A stretch of DNA of 64,000 nt from Octopus vulgaris (GCA_951406725.2 OX597824.1:96968001-97032000), one strand, 5' to 3'. Shown: positions 41,960 through 57,345, numbered from the stretch's first letter. Numbers and translations: made by a program. Notes: generated by a model from the sequence alone, not told the origin.

Positions 41960-42004
<45 letters not shown>

Positions 42005-42037
42005 GCCGCCGCCACCGCCGCCGCCGCCGCCACCGCC

Positions 42038-42075
<38 letters not shown>

Positions 42076-42140
42076 CACCGCCGCCGCCGCCGCCACCGCC
42101 GCCGCCGCCGCCACCACAGCCACTGCCACCACCACCACCG
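41772..42140. repeat. (ACC)n grading into (GCC)n with regular ACC interruptions
   Basis: Dominant 18-bp unit (GCC)5ACC between ~41813 and 42116. Confidence 0.95.
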
Positions 42141-42624
42141 TCCCAGTTTGACCTGAAGTAAAGCCAATTTCGTCTTGATATGTTTTTGGCAAAAGTAAGA
42201 ATCTGAAATTTCTTTAAATGTTTGTGTGTGTGTGTGTGTATATGTAATTGTGTGTGTGTGTGTGTGTGTGTATATGTAATTGTGTGTGTGTGTGTGTGTG
42301 TGTGAATAAGTATGTGCAAGCGTGTGAGTGTTTAAATGTTTAGGTGTATAGCTGCATGCTAATGTGTGTGTGTGTGTGTATGTTTACATAATTAGTTGTG
42401 TGCGGAGGCATAGAAAAGGCTGTGTCGGAGAGTTTAAATACATACGCAGCGCACTTGCACACGCGCACGTACATGCACACGCGCACACACACATATATAT
42501 ATAAAAGCACGAACACTTATGCTTATACACACATGTATATAAGTATCAATGTATACTCGTATATAGATATGGGTGTGTGTGTTTGTATATATATATATAT
42601 ATATATATATACGTATGAATACAT

Positions 42625-43070
42625 ATATGTATATATACGTATGTATGTATATGTATATATACGTATGTATGTATATGTATATATACGTATATATATGTAT
42701 ATATATGTATGTATGTATATGTATATATACGCATGTATGTATATGTATATATACTTATGTATGTATATGCATATATATGTATGTATGTATATGTATATAT
42801 ACGCATGTATGTATATGTATATATACGTATGTATGTATATGTATATATACATATGCATGTATATGTATATATATATGTATGTATATGTATATATACGTAT
42901 GTATGTATATGTATATATACGTATGTATGTATATGTATATATATATGTATGTATATGTATATATACGCATGTATGTATATGTATATATATGTATGTATGT
43001 ATATGTATATATACGTATGTATGTATATGTATATATACGTATGTATGTATATATGTATGTATATGTATAT
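42625..43070. repeat. 24-bp minisatellite atatatacgtatgtatgtatatgt
   Basis: Repeated unit visible; gives the 8-aa period YVYIRMYV in the ORF track. Confidence 0.85.
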
Positions 43071-43520
43071 ATATATATATATATATGTTTATACTGCCAT
43101 GTACTGTTCTCTATGTCTTTTTATTTCTCAAATGACCGCCGTAATCATTTTTTCCTAAAACAGATCCCCTCATTTCGCTTCATTCAATTCAACCAGCATC
43201 CGAAGTAACAAACCATCACGGCTTAGTTTAATTCGAATCATTTTTGAATGAAGTTCAATAGACATTCGTTTTTACACTCACCTTTCAAATTTATGCACAG
43301 TCGAATGGGCGACGAACGCATCTTCCCGCAACAACGTCTTCAAATGGACGTCCAACCAGCAGCCAGCAAATAACCAAGCTTAAATGATATGCAAAGCGTC
43401 CATCATTAAACGGTTTAAATAGTAATAAACATCTTTGTAGGTTTTGTTTATAAGGTTTTTAATAAATTCTGTCACACAATCTTGCTTTCTTTTATCATAA
43501 CGACACAATGTGCATGAAAC

Positions 43521-43552
<32 letters not shown>

Positions 43553-43712
43553 ATGTATGTATGTAGTATGTATGTATCTATGTATGTATGTATTTATGTA
43601 CGTATGTCTGTAAGTAAGCACGTTGGTATATATACACGCGCGCACACACACACATATATATGTGCATATACATATATATGCATCTATATGTATACAGAGA
43701 TGTACATATCTA

Positions 43713-43807
<95 letters not shown>

Positions 43808-43826
43808 ATATATATGTGTGTATATA

Positions 43827-45269
<1,443 letters not shown>

Positions 45270-45295
45270 AAAAAAGTATATGTATATGTTTATGT

Positions 45296-45454
45296 AAGAT
45301 GCAGTCGTGACCGTGTGGTAAGAAGGTTACTTCCGAACCACATGGTTCCAGGTTCAGTCTCACTGCGAGGTACCTTGGGAAAGTGTCATCTAGAATAACC
45401 TCGACTAATGCCTTGTGAGCGCCTTTGATAGATGAAAAGTGAAAGAAGCCCGTC

Positions 45455-45489
<35 letters not shown>

Positions 45490-45740
45490 AATGTAAAAAA
45501 ATACAAACTGGGACAAGAACGTGAAACATTTAGAAGACGATACAAAAAACACGGACGGGACATTCGAAGCCTTCAATCTTCAGTCAAGAACCGGATCATC
45601 TTCGCAATTTCGGCTGATTAATCTTGAGATTGCTATATATATATATACATATACATATATATATGTATGTATATATGTGTGAGTGTGTATGTGTGTGTGT
45701 GCATGTGTGTTTACGTCTCGCAACCTTGCGGTTCGACAAA
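45296..45740 (+). mobile_element. SINE-A head (45296-45456) and 3' remnant (45700-45740) split by an unrelated insertion in its internal TA tract
   Basis: gtgtggtaagaag..catggttccaggttcagtc..gaaagaagcccgtcg; resumes gtgtttacgtctcgcaaccttgcggttcg; insert at 45488-45635. Confidence 0.75.
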
Positions 45741-47480
45741 GAAAAAAACATTTCTTTTGTTAACATTCATGTTGACAGAAAAACGGGAACAAAGTTGAAT
45801 TCTTGAACTTAGATGTAACAACTTAATTCGTATGAAACCATTTTTACTGACCATATCAAGCTAAGTCTACTTATGTCTCAGGTTTCCATCCATTATATAT
45901 ATATACATTATGCTACAAATTTATGCATGCATATCTGCCTGTCTGTCTGTCTGTATGTATGTGTGTGTGTGTGTATGCATGGTATGTATGTGTGTATGTA
46001 CAATGGATATCAAGAGAGGCTGAAAAGTAATATTGACACCAGCGGTATTTGGACTCTGATTTTCAAAGACCTCAAGTAATGTCGCCGTGTATTTTGTTCC
46101 TACCTTTACCTTGCCAAAGATGTTTCTGTTTATTTACTCCAAGTCAGTTATGATCAGTCACAGTTATGACCAATGCGACGACCATCCTATAATTTTTTTA
46201 AAATAATGTCTAGGGGAGATTTCAGCCAAATCTCTCCCTCTTATTTCATAAAAGTGTAGCGACTGAGTAGAGATTTCCTCGTTGGTTTGATGAATGGCGT
46301 TTTAATGACGTAGTTACAAATGGTCAAAGAAAATATTTGACCATCAACGTCAGGTTTATTTCAATAATCCCGAACTGGTCATGGTTTGTTCATTTAGTGC
46401 GGTATTTGTGTGTTAATTCTTGCATTCTATTTAGTTATTCATATTTATTGCATGATTAAGTTGATGTTTATTTTTTTTTTATTGGAAATCCTTCATAGAA
46501 TGATCACATGATCAAGTCATTTTTGTTTTATATTTCTCTCTTTAGTTTATTTTCGATTTTCCTAACATAATGTAATGCAAAGTCTGCTTGTTATAAATGC
46601 ATTGTCGGTTGAAAATCAACACGTACAAGTCTGGCAATTGTTACATGCTCAGGTCATGGATTTTACAGCTTCAACATTTGCATACAAATCCGTAAATTAC
46701 ATTAATTAGTCACTAATTAGTCATTTGAAGTATGGTTATTCATTAGTCTGGAACCTCGTAGCTTGCATTTAATAAAGAGGTTTTTAATTTTGAAATGATT
46801 TTCACGTATAATAATTAACGAAACTAATGCATGTTTATATAGCAACTGCAGTGGTTTTTCTGTTGAAAACGTAATTCTAAACGCTGGTATTTTCTATAAT
46901 TATGAATGTATATTACGATTATTGTGTTCTATTTCGCTAGTCATGTTTTTCCATTGTGTAAATACCTGGCAGAACCAGGGTGCATTTAGTTCATGTAGTA
47001 CAGTGATATGTTTGTTTAATATTTCATGTTGGGCTTTTTTCAGTTTATGAGTGGAGTCTGCATTATTCTGTGGGTTGGTCAGTTTATAAGTAAGTGTATT
47101 ATTGACTAATGTTTGTTTTGTTGTGGCCGTATTTCGCGTGGAGCCTTTCACTGGTGATGGAGGAAGGAAGGGGTGGGGTGGGGGAGAAATAAACAAGGAT
47201 TGAGAAGGGATTTGAGTAATTAGTTTTATACTTGGAAGGACAAAGGGTTCTCCGTTGTTAAATAGTTAATCGGCAAAATGACTCTATCGTGATGTAATTA
47301 CTTTCCCTCCTCCTTCCTTTCTCTTTCTGTGTGCGTCCGTGCGTGTGTGTGTGTGTGTATCTGTGCATGTTATATATATATATATATATATAAATGCACA
47401 CACACAAAACCAATCATATATATGTGTGTGTATAAATTAATAATAATAATATTAATAACAACAATAACAGCAACAACAAT

Positions 47481-47560
<80 letters not shown>

Positions 47561-48253
47561 GAATAAGAAGAAGAAGAAGAAGAAGAAAGGGTGCCGAGTC
47601 CAAATTTCCGACTATGGGTGTTTGGTTTGATCGTCTTCATTGAATTAACGTTATGTGGTTGTTTATTCCTCGGACACCTCTGCAGTTTTTGCAAATCTCA
47701 GGAAGAATCGGCGCCACAGAGTGTGTGATGAGTCTGTATCCGAGAATTGTTAGGTGCACAATCCATCTGAAAAGCGATCTTATGCAGTTACACTCGAGGG
47801 AAACCTATTTCTCTAACAGAAGGCATGGATGAAACTAAAGCTATTAGACAAGGACAAGGACAAGACGTCTGGGAGCGGAATCGAAACCGGGACTTCATCA
47901 TTGCTTCACCACAACTCAAGTTGTGAATTAGAATTGCTACAAGCAAGATGTAACCTTCGTTATTAATAAAACAAAACACCTGAAGAGATTCTACCCACAA
48001 CAACTTAAATTCTTAACACTGGGTTTAACCCAAATGCTTTGAATTATGCGTTACTAAGGGGCCAGAATCGAAAAATATGTAGGTTTCTTGAGACTTCTAT
48101 TGTGTTTTCCAAATACTGATAGGACACAGGAAGTGTGTCAATAGCCAGCAGGAGGAGATGTCTTCCTGGAGCTACAAGCAACAATAGCATCAACCCTTAA
48201 GGGTTTAGCCACATTTAGGTGACAAATATATTTCACGATGTCGCTCAGAGATT

Positions 48254-48294
<41 letters not shown>

Positions 48295-48342
48295 AACACA
48301 CATGGATAAATGGATTTATTTGTATTAATGTATATGCATGCA

Positions 48343-48539
<197 letters not shown>

Positions 48540-48788
48540 GTGTTTATATGTATATGAATGTATGTCTGTATGGTGCGTGTCTTTATGGTGTGTGTCTGTA
48601 AAAGTACATCTCGGAACTACAGATGTGATATCATTGATATCATGGTTTATAATCTTTAACAGCCAATGATATCGTGGAAATTCTTTCAGGGTGACTCATC
48701 ACGCATCTCTGTAACTGCACACAGATGTCTCTAAATAAGGCTACTACGTACGTGTACCCGTGTGTAAAAATGTGTATATGTATATAGA

Positions 48789-48819
<31 letters not shown>

Positions 48820-49589
48820 GTGTGTGTGTGTATTGCACGTGTGTGTTTGTATCTGCATATCTATGTGCACCTGTTGTATATGTGGACGTCTTTCTCAACC
48901 GTTTGTACGTGTTCATATGTATGTGTGTCTGCATTTATGTATATGGAAGAGCGTGATAGAGTGTGTTTTAATTCACGTGAATACAATATTAGATACATAA
49001 CAACTTAGTTATAGATGTAAATAAACTTAATAGCGATACGGGTAGCTTGTTTAGTAAACAAACATGTATACATATCGCCATACAAATAAACAAACATAGA
49101 TTCACATAGAGATACATAGATATATAGATAAATATACATACATACATACATACATACATACATACATACATACATACATACATACACGCTTGTATATACG
49201 GGGAACAGCTTTCGTTTTATGTTTCATGAAATACACGACTGTGTTGAAGTTTTATCTTTCATAATTCAAATTTTTCATATTATTTTATTAGCTTTTCAAC
49301 GCTATTTGGAACTGGCCATGATCCGGAATAAAGAGAGAGAGGTGGACGGGCAGGGCTAGAAACTGCGGGAGAAGCGAGGGTGGGGTGGCGAATGAGTAAG
49401 GGAGGGAAAGAGAGAAAAACAGTGAAGACTTCAACGAAAATACTAAATACTTTATATTTTTGTTATGCTTATGTCAAAAAAATACAGAAGAAATGTTGAA
49501 AAAATAGACAACTGCTGGCTCCAAATTCTGATAATAACCGAATATTAGAGTTTGGCGAAGGTGCTTGTAGAGAGGTTGATGTTTGTTGT

Positions 49590-49697
49590 CAGCGATTTAG
49601 TCGATGAAATAAGTACCAGTTAAACACTGGGGTCGATGAAATCGACTTACCTCCTCCCTTGATAATTGCTGGCCTTGTGCCAAAATTAAAAACCAAT
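49590..49697 (+). mobile_element. 3' fragment of the 38822-type SINE
   Basis: gtcgatgaaataagtaccagttaaacactggggtcgatg..attgctggccttgtgccaaaatt. Confidence 0.75.
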
Positions 49698-49759
49698 AAA
49701 TATTTATTTGCTTTATTTTTGTCCTCCTTTTTTTTTGTTGATTTCTCTTTTCTAGGTGT

Positions 49760-50228
49760 GCTAGGGTTTGGCTTTATCGTGTTTTTGTACCTACTTTCCT
49801 TTACACCTGCAAACTGAAATAAGACCCCTTATTTTTCAAACACCCTCTAGAATATTCGAGCTGTTCTATGCAATGCTGTTTTCTGCAGGTGCTCCACCCA
49901 GATTGCAACCCCTATTTGTTTAACATGCTTCTCAACACCTTTGCTTACTGCTCCTAAGGCTCGCACAATGATTCGAATTACTACCACCTTTTTTCAAACG
50001 ACTGCAACTGTTTAACTTCCTAAGCTAACCCGTCATATCTCCCGACTTTTCGTTTTTATCGCATACTTTGCTCTCAACTGGACATGCTATATCGATGATC
50101 TTGCGCTGTTTACTCTCTTTCCTCAATTATCACTCTGTTTGGTTTCCTGATCTTTATCTCATCGTCACACTCAATCATAAATTCCCACAGGATCTTTGCA
50201 TTATCATTTTCAATAATGCTTTCGAGTG

Positions 50229-50230
<2 letters not shown>
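49760..50230 (-). mobile_element. R4/Dong-like non-LTR retrotransposon 3' fragment 1 (most decayed)
   Basis: IENDNAKILWEFMIECD..RKPN..IIDIACP..IIVRALGAVSK..LQKTALHRTARIF, the REL-endonuclease region, with stops and frameshifts. Confidence 0.8.
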
Positions 50231-50272
<42 letters not shown>

Positions 50273-50284
50273 CAGTCATCATCG

Positions 50285-50318
<34 letters not shown>

Positions 50319-50334
50319 GATTGATATTATTATT

Positions 50335-50550
50335 GGCGAGCTGGCAGAATTGTTAGTACGCTGGGCAAAATGCTTGGTGGCATTTCGTCCGTCGCTACGT
50401 TCTGATTTCAAATTCTGCCGAGGTTGATTCATCCTTTCATCCTTCCGAGGTCGATAAATTAAGTACCAGTGAAACACTGAAGTTGATGTAATCGACTAGT
50501 CTCTTCCCGCCAAAAGATTTCAAGCTTTTTGCCTTTAGAAGAACGTATCC
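50335..50550 (+). mobile_element. SINE of the 38822-39053 family inserted in TTA repeats
   Basis: ggcgagctggcagaattgttag..ttcaaattctgccgagg..ctttcatccttccgaggtcgataaattaagtaccag. Confidence 0.85.
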
Positions 50551-50617
<67 letters not shown>

Positions 50618-50624
50618 ATTATTA

Positions 50625-50700
<76 letters not shown>

Positions 50701-50746
50701 ATTATTATTATTGTCATTATTATTATTATTAAATTATTATTATTAA

Positions 50747-50781
<35 letters not shown>

Positions 50782-50810
50782 ATTATTATTATTATTATTA
50801 TCATTATTAA

Positions 50811-50851
<41 letters not shown>

Positions 50852-50860
50852 CATTATTAA

Positions 50861-50895
<35 letters not shown>

Positions 50896-50921
50896 ATTAT
50901 TATTATTATTATCATTATTAA

Positions 50922-50979
<58 letters not shown>

Positions 50980-50980
50980 T
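50551..50980. repeat. (TTA)n tract, ~430 bp
   Basis: Directly visible, with periodic ttaaa/tca interruptions. Confidence 0.95.
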
Positions 50981-51778
50981 CTTTTTATCACAGGTTTGGT
51001 TAGAGATCCTGGTGTCTTACATGCGTAGCGAGCTTACTACCTGCAGCCTACGGTACAATGCTATCCGTTCTTTTCAGCTATCTTACACTTTCCTGATTAT
51101 TCTGGACATGTCAAGGAGGCAAATCTTTTGTAACAATTCTTCTGGGTACTCTATTACAATTTCCTTTATATTCCTCTCGATGCCTTCTGATACTGTTGCC
51201 AAGGACCCTACAATATTTGGCACTATCTTCACCTTCTTCATTTTGCATAGCCCCGGGCTATTTCGTACTTAAGATGGTTGTCTTTATCTACCTTTCCGCC
51301 TTCCTTCTTGACTATTCATGGGTCAAAGGGACATGCAACATCAGCTATATAGCACATGTGGTGCATCTTGTCCACCAGCACTAGGTCTGGTCTGTTATGC
51401 TCTTGCACCTGATCTGTTTGGATTGGGAAATCCCAGAGGATTTACTAGTCTCTAACTCTGCTATTCTCTGCAGTTTGTGCTCAGACCATGTCTTGTCTCT
51501 CTCTAGCCCCTCACTTTTCGCACAGTTTCCTATGTAGCACGTTCACTATCTGATCGTGTCGCCACAAATTGTAGTGGTTTTGGGCAAGTCTAAGAGATTC
51601 GTTCGTGAAAAGGGCAACGGTTCTATCCACTCTATTGCAGGTGCGGCACAGCGGAGACTCTTGCTCATTCGAATGGTTGACCCACCAGTTCGTGGCCAAA
51701 GCTAGGTCCCGGACTGCCAGTATAGTGCTCTCAGCCTCTTTTTTTGGAGGTCCTTTTATCAGCCAATCCCACCTATAC
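50981..51778 (-). mobile_element. R4/Dong-like non-LTR retrotransposon 3' fragment 2
   Basis: WDWLIKG..ESTILAVRDLALATN..CRTC (degenerate CCHC)..RHDQIV..KILWDFPIQTD..NRPDLVLVDK..IADVACPFD (PD..D REL motif). Confidence 0.88.
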
Positions 51779-51859
<81 letters not shown>

Positions 51860-51903
51860 ATTATTATTATTATTATTATTATTAAATTATTATTATTATT
51901 ATT

Positions 51904-52430
51904 CAGTAGTTTTATTTTTATAGCGTGCTTTCACTTCACTACCGAGCGCAGCTCTGTGTGCCTTGGGTATGTGCTGTGATTTGTTGTGATGCTCTGATGG
52001 TTATTGTATGGAAAGTGTTCTGCGTATGATGTGTGCAGTGCCTAGTAGTGCAATTTTCTGTATGTTATATGTGTTTGTAAGTCCTGGTGTTTTTGTTATG
52101 TATTTGTCTGAATATTTTTTTATCATGCCTAATGCACCTACTATGATAGGAATTGTTTCTGTTTTCAGATTCCACATTCTAGTTACCTCTATTTCCAGGT
52201 CTTTGTATTTTGAGAGTTTCTCCATTTCTTTTAGAGACACGTTGTCATCTGCCGGTATTGATACATCAATTAGAAAGCATTTTTTTTCTTCATGATCTCT
52301 GACAACTATATCTGGTCTGTGGCCTTAATTTCTCTATCTGTGTGTATCGGCATATCCCAGAGTATAGTTGCTTTCTCGTTTTCTGTGACCTTTTCTGGTG
52401 TGTGCCTATACCATCTTTTTTCTGTTGTTA
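51904..52430 (-). mobile_element. R4/Dong-like non-LTR retrotransposon 3' fragment 3 (best preserved)
   Basis: WYRHTPEKVTENEKATILWDMPIHTD..(1-bp frameshift)RPDIVV..CFLIDVSIP..EKLSKYKDL..IPIIVGALG..QKIALLGTAHIIRRTL*, ~95-nt 3' UTR, (AAT)n on both sides. Confidence 0.92.
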
Positions 52431-52439
52431 TTATTATTA

Positions 52440-52579
<140 letters not shown>

Positions 52580-53124
52580 TTACTGTTGTTTCGATTTGTT
52601 GTTTTCAGTGTAAGCCACCCCCCCCCAACTTAAATTGAATATCTTGGAGTTACCTGTACTCTATCTCTGACAAATAACTCTTATCGAATCCTCCCCCACC
52701 AGGCTCCTCGCCTCCCATAACGGCTTCCGATATATTACAATAAAATTAAAATCGATTGTTTTAAAGTAATAGTTAATGCCACACTATAAATAAAAAAACG
52801 ACATGGCGAACGAGCGGCGTGAACCGACTTAATCGACCAGAATCCTATTTATTTCTGTGTATCTTTGTATTTATTTTTGAATTATATTTTTCATAATAAT
52901 ACATATTACAATGGTAGCTGCCAACAAATTTGCTCTTTATAGCGTGTCTCAATCAGAAGTTATCACTAGTGAAGGGAGGACATCTCTTTCCCCTGATCAC
53001 CACTGGGCCGCCTATAGAAACAGAAGACAACATTTACTCTCTGCTTAATAACTTTTCATTATTCATAACCATTGTGCAGAGCAGATGGTGTTTGGTAGGA
53101 AATTTGGCAAGCATCGCATGTTGT

Positions 53125-53309
53125 GCGCCGCCGCCACCACCACCACCACCACCACCACCACCACCACCACCATCATCGGAACCACCACCATCGTCATCAC
53201 TACACCCAACGCCAACCCTGACACCACCAGCATCAGAGCCGCCGCCACCAGCACCACCAGCACCACCACCATTACCAGCACCAGCACCAGCACCAGCACC
53301 ACCACCACC

Positions 53310-53340
<31 letters not shown>

Positions 53341-53570
53341 CCACCGACACCACCACCACCACCACCACCATCACCACCGACACCACCACCACCACCACCA
53401 CCACCATCACCAAAACCGACAACGCCAGTAATATCACCCCACCGCTCCTACCTCATTATAGCCATTACACGCCCAGGATTCCGCCGCCACCGCCACCCCT
53501 ACCGCATCCCCCCCACCTCCTCTACCGCAACCACCACCACCACCACCACCACCACCACCACCTCCGCCAT
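53125..53570. repeat. (ACC)n-rich imperfect microsatellite
   Basis: Directly visible. Confidence 0.9.
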
Positions 53571-53949
53571 CTTTCATCGGAATTTATTTATTTCGAACAA
53601 TACATTCGATTGTTCTTCTATCTTGGGACTTGAGGAAAGAGTTTTGTTGTTGTTGCTGTTGTTGTTGTTGTTTCCACTTGTAAATTAATACAGCTGCTGC
53701 TGCTGGTGTTGTTGTTGTTGTTGTTGTTGATGTTGCTGCTTTTTAACCCTAGGTCAGCCATGATCGAGTTGACCTATAAACACAAGTGTTGGCGATGGTC
53801 TTCCCGTCAGTTCTTTACGCTGCGGTGTGTCTTACAGATTTTAAGACTGTCCGGTGTGATTGCAAAAACATTTAGCTGTTATTTCTGGCAGGTCGAATGA
53901 CCACGAAGTGGGAAAGACATTCCTTTCCTCAATAATGTTGTTGGAATCG

Positions 53950-54281
53950 TTTACTTGTTTCAGTCATTAGACTGCGGCCATGCTTGGGCACCAATTTCTG
54001 GAAATCTAGTCGAGCAAATCTAGTCTTCTTCTTCTTCTTCTTCTTCTTCTTCTTCTTCTTCTTCTTCTTCTTCTTCTTCTTCTTCTTCTTCTTCTTCTTC
54101 TTCTTCTTCTTCTTCTTCTTCTTCTTCTTCTTCTTCTTCTTCTTCTTCTAATTATTATTATGCATGTCACTGCCTGGAATCGGACTCGAGATCTTGGGGT
54201 CAGTAGCCCGCTCTGTTAACCACTACGCCATATGCCACAGGCATATGGCGTAGTGATTCCGAGTTCGATTCCAGGCAGTGA

Positions 54282-54356
<75 letters not shown>

Positions 54357-54725
54357 TAATAATAATGATAATAATAATAATAATAATGATAATAATAACA
54401 TCGAAAAAAAAATCATTTATCATTCTTTTGTGAAGCCAGCTACTCATTCTATCGGTGTCTTTCACCGAACCGCTAGATTACAGGGACATAACACACCAAC
54501 ACTGGTTGTTAAGCGGTGGTGAGGACTAGTCGACACACACATAGACATCTACATCTACATATATACGACAGGCTTCTTTCAGTTTCCGTCTATCAAATCC
54601 ACTCATAAGATTTTGATCACCCGAAGCTATAGTAGAAGACACTTGCCTAAGGTGTCACGCAATGGGACTGAACCCGGAACCATGTGGTTGGGAAGTAACC
54701 TACTTACGACACAGGTACGCTTGCG
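53950..54725 (-). mobile_element. SINE-A interrupted by (TCT)n, a tRNA-like palindrome and (AAT)n
   Basis: Tail 53950-54024; body and head resume at ~54415 to 54725. Confidence 0.85.
54166..54282. repeat. Head-to-head palindrome of two tRNA-like heads
   Basis: Inner arms 54221-54236 / 54240-54255 perfect 16 bp; outer arms 54166-54188 / 54260-54282 22 of 23; A box TGGCGTAGTG and B box GAGTTCGATTCC-like on both strands. Confidence 0.9.
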
Positions 54726-55536
54726 CAACACACGGTCATTGCTGTTGTTGTTGTTGTTGATGTTGTTTAGCTTCGTATCAGCGTTGATCAAGTAGATACA
54801 GGATAATAAGGGACATTCGAAACGTGTTACCCCAAAAGTCTTAACGGGGCCAATGACCCCCAACACATCGCAACCACAGCCACCACCATCACCAACAACA
54901 TCTCCAGTAATTCCTCCATCATTACTACCACTACCCTCGCTTACACACCACCACCACCACCACCACCACTTCCACCACCACCGCCACCACCACCACTACC
55001 ACAACCACGACGACGACCACCACCACCACCACTGTGCACCGCTACCATGACAACCACCTTCTACAGCGCCACCACTCCAATATCTTCACTACCACACCAG
55101 TACCATCATCATTATCATTATCATCATCGTCATCAGTACTGCCACGAACACCACCAACATCAATCACCACCACCACCACCACCACCACCACCGCCACCAC
55201 CACCACCACCACCACCACCACCACCACCATCTGAGATAATGTTATCTGTTCATTTTTGGTTCATGTTTGTGTTATTCTGACGCATTGCGTTTCACAGTTC
55301 CAAACAGAACCCCCACTCCCACCCCCAAACACACACACACACTATTCACCACACACCACACACCCGTCCACATTACACATAACCCACTCGAACCCAAAGA
55401 CCCCTCCCCCACCGCTCCTCAACAGCAATTCCTTCTCTTTCACAACGACTTCATGTTTCGGACTCAGTTACAGAATTTCTGGTGAAGTCCAGAGAAAAAT
55501 ATCAAAACCAGAAACGGATTTCTTTATAAAGTGAAC

Positions 55537-55551
55537 ATGTATGTATGTATG

Positions 55552-55585
<34 letters not shown>

Positions 55586-55818
55586 TGTATGTATGTATGT
55601 ATGTATGTATGTATGCGTGTGTGTGTGTGTGTGAATGCACGTATGTATGTATGTATGTATGTATGTATGTATGTATGTATGTATGTATGTATGTGTGTAT
55701 GTATGTATGTATGTATGTATGTATGTGTGTATATATGTATGTATGTATGTATGTATGCATGCATGCATGCATGTATGTACGTATGAATGCATACATCTAT
55801 GTATGCATGTATGTGTAT
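55537..55818. repeat. (ATGT)n microsatellite
   Basis: Directly visible. Confidence 0.95.
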
Positions 55819-55825
55819 CCATATA

Positions 55826-56235
55826 TACTCTTTACTCTCTCTTTTACTTGTTTCAGTCATTTGACTGCGGCCATGCTGGAGCACCGCCTTTAGTCGAGCA
55901 AATCGACCCCGGGACTTATTCTTTGTAAGCCCAGTACTTATTCTATCGGTCTCTTTTGCCGAACCGCTAAGTGACGGGGACGTAAACACACCAGCATCGG
56001 TTGTCAAGCAATGCTAGGGGGACAAACACAGACACACAAACATATACACACACACTTATATATATATACATATATACGACAGGCTTCTTTCAGTTTCCGT
56101 CTACCAAATCCACTCACAAGGCATTGGTCGGCCCGGGGCTATAGCAGAAGACACTTGCCCAAGGTGCCACGCAGTGGGACTGAACCCGGAACCATGTGGT
56201 TGGTTAGCAAGCTACTTACCACACAGCCACTCCTG
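55826..56235 (-). mobile_element. SINE-A, full-length reference-like copy
   Basis: Minus strand caggagtggctgtgtggtaagtagcttgct..GGTTCAGTCCC..gcaccttgggcaagtgtcttct (CORE-like)..internal TA/TG tract..tail gtaaaagagagtaaagagta. Confidence 0.93.
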
Positions 56236-56356
56236 TATATTTTCTTTCTGTTTTTTTTTCCAATTTCTAAAATCGTTTTCTTCTTTTTATGATACTTTCC
56301 TTCAAACACTCATTCGCCGAAATTGACGGGAGTGACCATTATATATGTATATGTGA

Positions 56357-56733
56357 AAGCGCAATGGCCCAGTGGTTAGGGCAGCGGATTCGCAGTCATA
56401 GGGTCGCGGTTTCGATTCCCAGACCGGCCGTAGTGAGTGTTTATTGAGCGAAAACACCTAATGCTCCACGAAGCTCTGGCAGGGGATGGTGGTGATCCCT
56501 GCTGTACTCTTTCACCACAACTTTCTCTCAATCTTTCTTCCTGTTTCTGTTGTACCTGTATTTCAAAGGGCCAGCCTTGTCACACACTTTCTCACGCTGA
56601 AACTCCCCGAGAACAGCGTTAAGGGTACGCGTGTCTGTGGAGTGCTCAACCACTTACACGTTAATTTCACGAGCAGGCTGTTCCGTTGATCGGATCAACT
56701 GGAACCCTCATCGTCGTAACCGACGGAGTGTCA
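56357..56733 (+). mobile_element. tRNA(Arg)-like SINE (family D2)
   Basis: A box TGGCCCAGTGG, TCG at the anticodon position, B box GGTTTCGATTCC; tail shared with 20666-20950. Confidence 0.88.
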
Positions 56734-56740
56734 TTGTGTA

Positions 56741-56825
56741 TATTCTTTTATTTGTTTCAGTCATTTGACTGCGTCCATGCTGGAGCACCACCTTTAGTCG
56801 AGTAAATCGACCCCAGAACTTATTT
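56741..56825 (-). mobile_element. SINE-A 3' end
   Basis: Nearly identical to 55840-55920. Confidence 0.85.
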
Positions 56826-57345
56826 CTTCAGACCAAGGGACCAGGAAACTGTGCTTGTTCTACGGAGGACAATAGTCCTCAGCCGTCTTGGTTACTGCAC
56901 TCAACCGTGGTCGCCTCAGAGTACCAAATTAACAGCAGAACTTGACGCAGTTCACCGCTGCTACATCAGGAAAATTACATCAATGGAACAGGTGAGCTAC
57001 TGGGAGACACTGAAAGAGCTACGACTCTACCCCCTGGAGCGAAGACGAGAGAGGTATGCAATGATACACATATGGAAGACCCCGGAGGGGCTGGCATCAA
57101 ACTTTGGCGTCGAGAGTTATACTAATACCATGAACTGAACGTCGCAGCACTGTTCCAAAGGTCCCAGCTATCCCGTCTAGATTGAGAACTATGTATGTGA
57201 TAGCTTTGGATTCAAGGTCCAACATCAATTGAATGCCTTGCCAAAATATCTGAGAGATTTTCATGGAGTAGAGATAGATATTTTCGAGAAAAAAACTTGA
57301 TTTCCTGCTGTCCAAAGTCCCAGATGACCCTATTGCACAGATAGA
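56826..57345 (+). mobile_element. CR1/L2-group LINE, RT C-terminal fragment (decayed)
   Basis: ORF 56851-57138: IVLSRLGYCTQPWSPQ..ELDAVHR..SYWETLKELRLYPLERRRER..IWK matches the LEYCxxxWSP / LSYxERLKxLxLYSLERRR motifs. Confidence 0.85.

Noticed and set aside
41604-42319. Poly-Gly, poly-Ala (antifreeze-like AAAAAT) and poly-Arg ORFs
   Set aside because: All frames are open only because of the GCC/ACC tract; no codon variation or coding flanks.
46900-47196. 98-aa minus-strand ORF as a Penelope ORF fragment
   Set aside because: No RT or GIY-YIG motif visible.
52930-53688. 252-aa proline-rich ORF resembling formin/WASP or mucin
   Set aside because: Derived from (ACC)n; single-codon usage and open overlapping frames; no FH2 or WH2 sequence.
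54166-54236. tRNA-Ser(ACT)-like gene
   Set aside because: No acceptor-stem pairing and altered B box; part of a palindromic repeat. Other A/B-box hits (20670, 30960, 38340, 56360) are SINE heads or fragments.
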